Below are positions 21,032 to 31,100 of a stretch of DNA of 64,000 nt, in pieces (positions within the stretch are counted from its first letter, which is position 1; each line of letters starts with the position of its first letter). The stretch covers positions 1-64,000 of IMG/VR virus record IMGVR_UViG_3300037478_000708; one strand, 5' to 3'. The DNA is from a virus. The position numbers and the translations under genes were made by a program. The notes under the pieces are model-generated. The model worked only from the letters and a program-made list of their open reading frames with translations, was not told the origin of the DNA and made no database searches.

Positions 21032-22323
21032 TGGCGGCGAAGAAGAAGGCGAAGCGCGTCGGCGGAGCCCGTCTCCGAGGCAAGGCGCGGGGAGACGTGC
21101 CCAAGCTCGCGCTCGACGTCCGCGAGGGCGACTGCCTCGAGATCATGCGCGAGCTACCGGACGCGTGCTTCGATTCGGTCGTTACAGACCCGCCGTACGC
21201 TCTCGAGTTCATGGGGCAGGGCTGGGACAAGGTGCTCCCCTCGGCCGAGGTCTGGGCTGAGTGCCTCCGCCTCGCCAAGCCCGGCGCGATGATGTTCGTA
21301 TTCGGGGGCACGCGCACGTACCACCGACTCACGTGCGCGATCGAGGATGCGGGCTGGGAGATCCGCGACTGCTTGAGCTGGATGTACGGGCAGGGCTTCC
21401 CGAAGTCGATGGACATCGGGAAGGCGATCGACAAGGCGGCGGGAGCGACGCGTGAAGTGACGGGCGTGAACCCCACTTTCCGGCCGAACACGACGAACAA
21501 CGAGAGGGGTTTGCGCGACCGGCGCGTTCACGGTCTCCTCACTGCGCCCTCGACCGACGCCGCGAAGCAATGGGACGGCTGGGGCACGGCGCTCAAGCCC
21601 GCCTGGGAGCCGATCGTGCTCGCGATGAAGCCGCTCGACGGGACTTTCGCCAGCAACGCCATTCAGCACGGCGTTGCGGGGCTCAACATCGACGGCTGTC
21701 GCGTCGGTCTCGGTCACAACAACGGCCACGGCCGCGACGGTGAGGAGAGCGCCGAGGATCAGTACAGGGACTACGGGAGCACGAGCTTCACGGGCAAGCC
21801 CGGTCCGCGCGGGGGTGGTCCCAACGGACGCTTCCCGGCCAACGTCGTGCTCGACGAGATCGCATCCATGATGCTCGACGAGCACACCGGCGAACTGCGG
21901 TCGGGGACGATGCTCGCGGGCACGAAGCGCGCTGCGCAGGACGAGCCGGGCTCCGTGTGTTACGGCACGTACGGCGGCAACGTGTCGCAACGAGATCTCC
22001 TTGCGAACTCCGGCGGCGCCTCGCGGTTCTTCTACACGGCCAAGGCGACGCGTGCCGAGCGCACGGCCAACGGCCGCGTGAGGAACAACCATCCCACGGT
22101 GAAGCCGCTGGAACTCATCCGCTGGATCGTGCGGCTTACGAAGACGCCGACCGGCGGGACGGTGTTCGACCCCTTCGTCGGTTCGGGCACGACGCCCGTT
22201 GCCTGCGCGCGGGAGTGGCGGCATTGTCTGGGCATCGACAAGTGGGCCGAGGCCGTGCGCATCGCGCGCAGGCGTTTGGAGTACGAGCGCTTCATCGCCG
22301 TGGCGGAACCGTGGGCGGCGTGA
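21031..22323 (+). CDS. DNA N6A/N4C methyltransferase, beta class
   Basis: GDCLE..DSVVTDPPY (motif IV), HPTVKP, DPFVGSGTT (motif I). Confidence 0.92.
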   Translation: MAAKKKAKRVGGARLRGKARGDVPKLALDVREGDCLEIMRELPDACFDSVVTDPPYALEFMGQGWDKVLPSAEVWAECLRLAKPGAMMFVFGGTRTYHRLTCAIEDAGWEIRDCLSWMYGQGFPKSMDIGKAIDKAAGATREVTGVNPTFRPNTTNNERGLRDRRVHGLLTAPSTDAAKQWDGWGTALKPAWEPIVLAMKPLDGTFASNAIQHGVAGLNIDGCRVGLGHNNGHGRDGEESAEDQYRDYGSTSFTGKPGPRGGGPNGRFPANVVLDEIASMMLDEHTGELRSGTMLAGTKRAAQDEPGSVCYGTYGGNVSQRDLLANSGGASRFFYTAKATRAERTANGRVRNNHPTVKPLELIRWIVRLTKTPTGGTVFDPFVGSGTTPVACAREWRHCLGIDKWAEAVRIARRRLEYERFIAVAEPWAA

Positions 22324-22749
22324 AGCGGACGCGGCAGTCGAAACGCAAGCGACCGCGCTGTCCGCGCTGTCGCAAGCAAGGTCGCGTGTCGCTCAAGGCA
22401 GGTGTCGCGCTCGAACCGGCGGATGACTGCTTCTCGGGCACACCGTCGACGACGGAAGCGCGCCTCGTGCGCGTGTGGAAGTGCCCTGGCTGCGGCTACT
22501 CGATTCGGAGAGACTGAACGTGGTGACCAAGAGAACCCGAAGCGAGACGCGCACCGTGAAGTGCCCGCGCTGCGGCGTCTCGGTTCAGCTCGTGGTGACG
22601 CGCGAGAGTGCGGGCCCCGTTCCCGCGGCGGCCTTTCTCCTCGCGACCATCGCGTACGTGTCCGTGTCGCTCTTCGCGTACTCCTGGCGCAACCCGGAGC
22701 TGACGTCGATGCAGGTGCTCCGACACGTGGGGGACGCGGTGCTGTGGCG

Positions 22750-23472
22750 ATGAACAACGCGGCCGTCCTGTGGCGGGGGCCGAGCGCGATCGACGGCGTG
22801 GAGGTCGCGCTGGTCGTGAGCGGGCTCACCGAGCCGAGCGCGAACACGAAGACCGGCGACATGATCCAGACGTGGGTCATGCGCACGGACATGCACCCGG
22901 TCGAGGCGAAGCTCACCGGGCAGGACACGACGATCTGCGGGGACTGCCCGCTCGCGAGCGGCTACGGCTGCTACGTCAACGTGCACTGGGCTCCGGCCGC
23001 GCTCTGGCGCGAGCTGCCCTCCATGCCCGAGCTGGGCGTCATCCCTACGCGCGGCCGTCCTGTGCGCGTGGGCGCCTACGGAGACCCCTCCGTCGTGCCG
23101 ATCGAGGTCTGGCAGCGCATCCTGCCGCGCCGCTGGACCGGCTTCACGCACCGCTGGCGCGAGCAGGCTGTCCAGCCGTTCCGGGCATTCTGCATGGCGA
23201 GCACGGAGGACACGGCCAGCACGCGCGAGGCGTGGGCGAAGGGCTGGCGCACGTTCCGCCTGCGGCCGGCGGGCACGCCGCTCCTGTCGGCTGAGATCGA
23301 TTGCGTGGAGCGAACCCACGGCATCCAGTGCGCGGACTGCGCGCTGTGCCGGGGTAACCGACTCGGCGCGAAGAGCGTGAGCATCGAGGCGCACGGGACC
23401 ACGGAAAAGATGGCGGCAAGCGTGAGTCGCGGACTTGAGCTGATCCGAGCGGGTCAGCTATCCTCCGCATGA
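22750..23472 (+). CDS. Conserved Cys-rich phage protein, possibly Fe-S/radical-SAM-related
   Basis: NTKTGDMIQTW..CGDCPL..CYV..VRVGAYGDP..CADCALC..HG. Confidence 0.6.
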   Translation: MNNAAVLWRGPSAIDGVEVALVVSGLTEPSANTKTGDMIQTWVMRTDMHPVEAKLTGQDTTICGDCPLASGYGCYVNVHWAPAALWRELPSMPELGVIPTRGRPVRVGAYGDPSVVPIEVWQRILPRRWTGFTHRWREQAVQPFRAFCMASTEDTASTREAWAKGWRTFRLRPAGTPLLSAEIDCVERTHGIQCADCALCRGNRLGAKSVSIEAHGTTEKMAASVSRGLELIRAGQLSSA

Positions 23473-23951
23473 AGAGTCCAAACATGATCGAAGAGCGGAA
23501 CCCTGTGTCGGAACGTGCGGTGGAGATCGCCGCGCAGGTCATGGACCTCAAAGAGACCGAGGTGTTCGTGCTACGCATGCCCGAAGGCATGCGCGTCACC
23601 GAAGGAGACTTTCAACGTTTCCGTGACGAGCTGCGTCGGCTCCTGCCCGAGGCCGTGCGGTCGACGGTGCGGGTGATCGTCCTGCGCGCAGGGATGCAGC
23701 TCGAGTCCCTCGACGTGGGCACGCTGGCGGAGCTGGGTCTGCGCAAGGCGAGCGCCTACAAGCCGCCCGCGCATCTCTTCCCCGCCGGCCCGCTGCGTCA
23801 GGCAGCGCGTGCAGGTTGGAATTCGGCCTTCGGCGACGCGCGGGAAGCGGACCTGTGCGTGAACACCGCGCGAGCGGAGCTTGAGCAGGAGTTCGCGATG
23901 CGCACGAAGCTCCCGGTCGTCGAAGCCCCGCCGCCTCCCGCGCCGCTCTAG
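23469..23951 (+). CDS. Hypothetical protein
   Basis: Coupled to the upstream gene; converges on a minus-strand gene. Confidence 0.55.
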   Translation: MKSPNMIEERNPVSERAVEIAAQVMDLKETEVFVLRMPEGMRVTEGDFQRFRDELRRLLPEAVRSTVRVIVLRAGMQLESLDVGTLAELGLRKASAYKPPAHLFPAGPLRQAARAGWNSAFGDAREADLCVNTARAELEQEFAMRTKLPVVEAPPPPAPL

Positions 23952-24421
23952 GCGCGGCGCAGCGAACGCGGGGCCTTGAGCGCGAGCCCGATGAGCAGGC
24001 GGAGGTACTCCGCGCGCTTTTCGAGCCCCGCGCAGAGGATCCGGTTGGCCGCGATGCCCGTGCTGGGCTCGGCCGCGTCGAGCAACTCGTTCTCGAGCTT
24101 GATGCGCGCGGACTCGGCGACCAGCGCAGGGCACTGGCCGGGCTCGAGATCGACGTAGCCGGCCTCACGGTAGGCGACGTCGAGCGCGGCGAAGTAGCGG
24201 GCCGCGTCTTCGTCGTTCATGAGGTAGGCCCGTTTCGGGTCCGTGATGCGCTCGGGCTCGCCCCACCGCGAGTCGCGCATGAAGACGGAGCTGTCGAGGA
24301 TGGCGCGTTGGATCCGGTCCGCGCGCTCGCGTTCGACCTCCGCCGTGGCACGGGCGGCGAGGAGCACGGGCACGAGGGGCGTGATGGCACGCACGAGAGC
24401 CTTCTGGTTGATGTTTTTCAT
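23948..24421 (-). CDS. Hypothetical protein (minus strand)
   Basis: ATG with purine-rich GAAGAGAG leader; native codon usage on the minus strand. Confidence 0.7.
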   Translation of the reverse strand: MKNINQKALVRAITPLVPVLLAARATAEVERERADRIQRAILDSSVFMRDSRWGEPERITDPKRAYLMNDEDAARYFAALDVAYREAGYVDLEPGQCPALVAESARIKLENELLDAAEPSTGIAANRILCAGLEKRAEYLRLLIGLALKAPRSLRRA

Positions 24422-24506
24422 GACGCTTCTCTCTTCGGCAGGTTGGACGGGGTAGCTTTAGCGAAAGTTTGAACCCTCCCCGGGTCCTCTCCAAAGGAAT
24501 CGCACC

Positions 24507-24989
24507 ATGAAGTTCTTTCTCTTCCTCCTCGCCGCTCTGACGATCTTCGTGGGGGGCGTCGCCCTCTTCGCCCAAGACTGCGGCGGCTGCGGGCCCTACA
24601 CGGTCAAGGACTCCGACGAGCAGCCGGTCAGCGTGATGCAGGTCGCGAGCGCGAACTCGTGGTCCGTGGTCACCGCGATGGCGCTCGCTCCAGGCGTGTG
24701 TGGACCGGGCACGGGAACGACCTGCACCGAGCAGATCTCCCCGGCCACGCTCGAGCTGAGGATCGAGTCGTCGGTCGACCCGCTGGAGTTCGTGGTCGTC
24801 AACGCGGCGACGGTCGGGGTGATCCTGCCGCCGTCGGGCTACTCGCTCATCCTCGATACGCTCACGCCGAAGTGCGAACACCTGTCGCAGTCGCGGGCGT
24901 TGGTGTACCTCTTCGACGCGGTGACGTACGAGATCATCGAGCAGGACTGGCTCGTGTTCGGCGCGAAGTCCTGTCCGCTGCCCGACTGA
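24507..24989 (+). CDS. Secreted/periplasmic Cys-containing protein
   Basis: AAGGA RBS; N-terminal signal peptide; 6 Cys. Confidence 0.7.
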   Translation: MKFFLFLLAALTIFVGGVALFAQDCGGCGPYTVKDSDEQPVSVMQVASANSWSVVTAMALAPGVCGPGTGTTCTEQISPATLELRIESSVDPLEFVVVNAATVGVILPPSGYSLILDTLTPKCEHLSQSRALVYLFDAVTYEIIEQDWLVFGAKSCPLPD

Positions 24990-25050
24990 GGGCAATGGCG
25001 AAGCGCATGAACGGACGGTTGGGGGCTCGGCACACGTGTAGGGCCGAGCC

Positions 25051-25081
25051 TGTAGACCCGTCCTAGGGGCAGCGGTAGGCT
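25051..25081 (+). promoter_or_regulatory. Putative promoter TGTAGACC-N17-TAGGCT for the giant ORFs
   Basis: Recurrent motif with 17-bp spacing. Confidence 0.6.
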
Positions 25082-25105
25082 ACGCGGGAGTCCAAGCTCC
25101 TCCGC

Positions 25106-25126
25106 CCGGTGACAGCGTGTCACTGG
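25106..25126. repeat. Dispersed palindrome copy 4 (inverted, centre GCG)
   Basis: CCGGTGACA-GCG-TGTCACTGG between the promoter and ATG 25146. Confidence 0.9.
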
Positions 25127-25145
25127 CACGACCCCGCCGAGCCCA

Positions 25146-28100
25146 ATGCCCGCGACGACCTTCCAACGCGCCGTCAGGAACGTTCGCCACGTATCCGAGA
25201 TCGACAGCGGTTCGCCGCTCTCGGCCGTCGTGGGGCGTGCCCTGGCGGCGCTAGGAGGCGAAGAGCCCGAGGTCGTCTACGAGGTCGACGGTGGTCACGT
25301 CGTTCAGGGAGATACGCAGGCCGTCTTCCTGGGAGACGACGGCGAGCTTGCGGTCACCGACATGGACCTCGGCGAGTCCACGGATCGCTACGTGGACCTC
25401 CTCAAGCAGGGCTTCATGCGTCGGGCGCTGAACCCGCCCAAGCCCAAGCCCAAGGCCGAAAAGAAGGTCCGTCCGATCGTCGCGTGCAAGGACTGCCAGG
25501 ATTGGCACCGAGAGGGCAAGCACACGAAGTCGGCCGCGGAGCGCAAGGCGAACCGCAAGGCCAAGAACGAGGCCGCGGTCGGCGTGAGCGAGCTGCCCGC
25601 CGGGCTCGGCGTGCCGCGCGCGCAGATGCCGCAGATCCAGTCCGGCCTCGTGCCGGAGTTCCTCGCGCACCTGTCCGAGAACGGCGTGCGCGTCAAGCGC
25701 GGTCAGCGCAAGGTCGGCAGCTTGAAGCCGACGCAGGACGGCGTGACCTCCGTCAAGGCCGAGGCGCTCGCGCGCACCGCTCCGAAGGACAAGCTCCGCC
25801 TGCCCGTCATCGTGAGCAGCGACGGCTACATCCTCGACGGACATCACCGCTGGGCCGCACTCGTGAGCATCGGTGAGAACGAGCGCATTCAGACCTACGA
25901 GGTCGCCGTGCCGATGCGCAAGCTCTTGGAGCTGGCCCGACGCTTCGAGAAGGTCGGCTACAAGGAACACGGTGAGGCGATCGAGGATGCGGAGCACGTC
26001 GACGAGTTCCTCGCTCTAGGGCTCCCGACCAAGCTGCTTCCGCTCAAGGGCGAGCTGGCGCGGCTGGTTCGATCGCAGCGCGGTCCTGTTTCGGTCGAGC
26101 AAGCCCGCAACTATGTCGCGACCGATCCCTACGTGCGCTTCGATCCGACCGAGCAGGAGATCGTCGCCGCGCTCAAAGCCCTGGGGGGTCGGCTGCGCGG
26201 CAAGGCGTTCGTCTTCGAGAACGTTCCGATCGAGGAGGAGATCTCGCGTGCGCAACTCGCCTCGTTGGAACGCGCGCTCGACAAGATCTTCGCCGCGGCC
26301 GGCATCGACGTCGAGTTCACCAAGCACTTCCACGAGCGCGTCAACGATCCGCGCAACGGGAAGCCGATCACGGTCGAGGAGCTGGCCGGGATCTTCCGCG
26401 AGGTCTGGTCGAAGCACCGCAAGACGCTGGAGTCAGTGGACGTGGACTGGAGGGCCATCATCCACGACACGACGTCGGCGATCAACATCCCCGTCGTGCT
26501 CGACTACGACCCGCGCAAGGGCGAGGTCGAGCTGGTCGCAAAGACCGTCATGCGCCGCAAGGCGTTCATGGCGCGCGAGCCGCGACTCAACGTGACGAGC
26601 GGCGTGGCCGAGCGGGGAGAAGTCGACGAGGCTGCGGAACGTTCCAAGGTGCCCGGTCTCCGGTTCGACGTGCGCAAGCAATGGCCCGGCTACGCCTTCA
26701 AGGTGGTTCACGTTCCGTCGGGGCTGCCGATTTGGGGTTCCGATCTGACGAGCGTCAAGCTCGCGACGTGGGCGGGCTCCAACGTCGTCAAGGACATCCG
26801 CAAGGTGGTCAAGGCGGCCAACGCGCACTTTGCGCGGTTCGACTGGGACAAGCCGCAGGGGGAGCTGGACCTCGTGGGGGCGAAGCGTCTCGCGCGGGAA
26901 TTCTCGCTCAAGTTTCGGGAGGAGGCCGTACCGCAGAGCATCAGTTCGGTTCTGGTGAACGAAGCTCGGAACGTCGACGAGGCGTACGCGGCCTTCGACC
27001 ATACGCACGCTCCCGCCGGAACCTCCGCGCGGGAGAACTTCCCGAAGTTCATCCTGACGGGGCTCTACGACTCGCCTGCCGTTGCGCGGCAGGCCGGGCA
27101 GTACGTGCGCAGGGTCAGCGTCGAGCCGGGTGTCTCTTCGACGCGGGAGTGGAACCGCATGAGCGACGCGCAGATCAAGGCGCTCTACAAGAAGCTCGGG
27201 CTTTCCGCGTCCGGACCGACGATCGGTACGACGAACACGTTGCCCGGTCAGCCGGTCAGCGAGCACGAACTCGCAGTGGATGAGGGCGTCTACGACCCGT
27301 TCGCGCTCAAGGCCGTCTTCATGACGGGTGGCGCGGGCAGCGGCAAGAGCTTCGTCTCCGAGAAGATGTTCGGCGGGATGGGCCTCAAGGTCGTCAACTC
27401 CGACGCGGCGCTCGAGCGCGCGATGGCGAAGGCCGGGCTCGATCTCAAGAAGGATCTCGGTCTCGAGCAGGTGCAACGCGAGGGCGGCATCCGCGATCAG
27501 GCCAAGCTGCTCACGTCCAAGAAGCTCGACGTCTACGTGAAGGGTCGTCTCGGGCTCATCATCGATAGCACGGCCGCGACGAGCGCGAAGGTCACGCGGC
27601 AGGTCGACCGTCTCCGCGCGCTCGGCTACGACGTCTGCATGGTGTTCGTGAACACGAGTCTCGAGACGGCGCTCGCGCGCAACCGCGCTCGGGCACGCGT
27701 CGTGCCGGAGCGCATCGCCACTGCGGATTGGAGGAAGATCCAAGAGAACCTCAAGACCTACCGCACGCTGTTCGGTCCGGCCAACTTCCGCGAGGTGCAC
27801 AACGACGAGGTGCTCACGCCGCGCGAGGTCGTCTCGCGTCTCGTGCCGCAGCTCACGCGCGTCGCCATGTCGCTCCTCAACCGGCCCGTCCAGAATCCGA
27901 TCGGCAAGAAGTGGGTCGCGGACGAGATCGCGGCGAAGAACCGCCAGACCGCGCGGCCGGGTCACGCCCAACGGATGCTCGCGGCGAGCATCGAAGACGA
28001 GGGGGAGCCGCTCTTGGCTGAAGCCTTGAAGAAGTCCAAGGTGGTTCCTGGGGTGGCGTTCGAGACCGAGAAAATTGGGTCCTACACCTACTTGACCGTG

Positions 28101-31100
28101 CGGCACATTCCGTCGGGTAAGGCCATCTATTCACTCACACGCGGACCGATTCCGGGAGTGCGGAAGACCGTTGCTGTCGTGGAGAAGATCCTCAAGCGGA
28201 TGGATTGGAATGTGCCGGAGGATCAGCTTGACAAGAAGACCGCTGTTCGTTTGGCGGCGGAGATCGGGCAGAAGATCCCGCTCGACGTCTACGGCAATTA
28301 CGAGATCCGCGAGTCCGCGCTCGACGAGGACATCGTTCTCCTGCTCGGCGGTCTCGGTGCGGTGGCCTTCGGGGGGCTCCTCGGCGCGCTCAGCGTGAAG
28401 GCCAAGAGGCTCGTGCAGGAGATCCGGGCGCTTCACAAGCGCGGGCAGATGAGCGCGGCCGAGCAGGCTCTCTCCAAGATGAGCGCGAGCGACCGCGAGA
28501 AGATCAATCAGCTCTTCGCACGCGAGACGCGTCGCCTACGCAACGAGGACAGCTTTTGGCTGTTCCCCAACGGCGAGCACGTGCCGGACCGTCCGGATCG
28601 CGTGAGCGACACGCGGGCGCTCGAGCGCGCCACTCAGCGGGTCAAGAAGGGCGACGTGAACGAGTCGATGGCGACGGACAAGCGCATCGCCGCGATGGCA
28701 ACGCGTCTCCTCGATCGCATCGACAAGTTGCAGGCGCAGTACGTCAAGCTCGAGAAGGACGTCCGCGCGGAGCACGAGAAGCGCGCGAAGCAGGTGGAGG
28801 CGATCCGAAACGCTCACGGAGGCGTCGGTGTTCCGGATCTGCCCGCCGCGGAGAAGGCCAAGGTCGACGCGCTCTGGGCCGAGCACGACCACAAGCGCGC
28901 GGAAACGTGGTGGGACAAGAAAGGCGACCCGATCGTGCAGCGTCTCGCCAGGCTGCTCGAGATGGCCACCGCGCCGACGTTCTCCTCGAGGTGGTCCAGC
29001 ATCTACCAGCACTACTTCGTGGTCGGTGGCGTGGGCAAGCTCGACACGAAGCAGATTCGCACCGATCTCCGCACGCTGCACCTACGGCCGTTCTCGAACG
29101 AGTTCTACGAGCGGGTCGTGCGCGGTCGCGCCAAGGTCGGCGTTGCCACACTCGCGGTCGGTGACCACTTCGCGATCGATCGCGGTCTGGAAACCGGGTA
29201 CTACGTCGTGCAGGCGATCACGCCGAAGCGAACGCAGGTCACGGCGCGCAATCTCGACACCAACGAGCAGATCAAGGTGCGCGGCAAGGAAGAGGTGATT
29301 CCGCTGTCGCAGCACGAGGCGACGCAAGGGGTTCGGATCCACAAGGCGTACACGAAGCGGCTGGCGCAGATCGCCGAATCGCTCGACGAGGACAACATGG
29401 ACGAAATCTGGGTCACGCTGAGCCGAGAGGAAGCCGCGGAAGAAGCGGAGCTGGATCTCGTCGAGCACGAGTGCATCGTCATGGACGAACTCGCCGAGAC
29501 GATCGAGTACGGCTTGAGCCTTCTCGACGTCGATCAGCTCAACACCTTCTTCGGTCTCAAGGCGGAGGAGTTCGAGACGGCCGTGGAAGAGGGCGACTTC
29601 GAGCGCGCCGAGCTGATCGCGCTCGGGCTGCTCGAGGGCCTCCCGCTCGACGAGTACCGCCGCATGACGCTGGGCTCCCGCATGCGTCGGCTGCGTGCCC
29701 GTCGGATCGGTGTCACCAAGGCCGTCCGCTCCGGCCAGACCACCCGCGCCGAGCTGAGGCGGGAGAACCGCAAGCGACGGATGAAGCGCAGGCGCAGCCC
29801 CACGATGAAGATGCGCGCCAAGCGCTACCTCCGGAAGACGCGGATGCGTCAAGCTCGACGCCGGCCGCTGTCGATCGCGAAGGAGTCGCTCGACGAGTAC
29901 GGCCGCCGTCGCTCCTCCGGAGGGGACCCGCGTTGGATCAAGGCGAAGTACGCCGGCACCGACGCCAAGGGCCAGCCCTTCAAGAAGGGCGAGGAGGTGC
30001 TCTACTACCCCCACGGCAAGAAGATCTACGCGGGCGAGAACGCCAAGTCCGCGTGGCGCGACTTCCTGTCCATGCGCGGCGACGAAGAGGGCACGCCGTA
30101 CGCGGAGAGCCTCGACGAGGGACCGTTCGACGCGTCTTTCATGCTCGAGGATCTCAACGAGGACTACGAGGTCCCCTCGGACTACGTGCTCACGCGTGTC
30201 ACGAGTCACCGTCATCGCGATCAGCTCCGCAGCGCGTTCGGTGACGATGCCATCTCCGTGATGGCTTGGAAGCCGGGTCAGAATTTCATCGTCGATGGCG
30301 TCGAGGCGTTCGTCGTTCCGAAGGCGCGGTTCGACGAGGAGGTCTCCAACATCGGCTACGGTCCGGGCAAGCGGTACACCCCGCTCAAGCGGAAACCGGC
30401 CCTGATGCGCGGCAAGTACCGCATCGGGGTCTGGATGGGTACGAACACGTACCGCGACAACCAATGGCTCAAGTCGCGCGGCTTCCGCCGCCTGGAGTTG
30501 GACGAATCGCTCGCGCCGATTCCCGGGGATCAGTACCGTTACAACCAGGCTGTGAAGTCACTGCACAAGCGGCGTCCGACGAACTTGTCGCACGAAGAGT
30601 CCGTGCGCATCTTGGCGTGGGACCACGGGAAGGGGAGGGCCTTCATCGTGGATCTGCTTACGAAACGGGCAGGCTATTCGGAAGCAGCGGCCAATGCGCT
30701 GATCGACAAAGTTACGAAGGGCGACATTGATGAGAGCTACGGAGTGCCGTCTGAGGCCGTGGACGAGGTGGCTCCGCCCGGCTTCGAGGGCGCGGTCAAG
30801 GCGATGAAGAAGTCCGGCGACGTCGACAATCCCTACGCGCTCGCGTGGTGGATGAAGAAGCGCGGGATGAAGTCGCACAAGAAGGAGTCGGTCGAGGAGG
30901 CGAGTCCGCACGAGGCGATCAAGGTCGGCGATCAGGTCGTGACGAAGGAGGGCGTCGATCCTTCCGGCTTGATCGGCAAGGTGACGAAGCTCGAAGGCAA
31001 TCGGGCGGTTGTCCAGTGGGGTCGCGGCCGTTCATCCCCGTCGCTCCATGCGCTCCGCGACCTCCTGTCGGCTACGAAGAAGGACAGGAGCAGCACGCGA

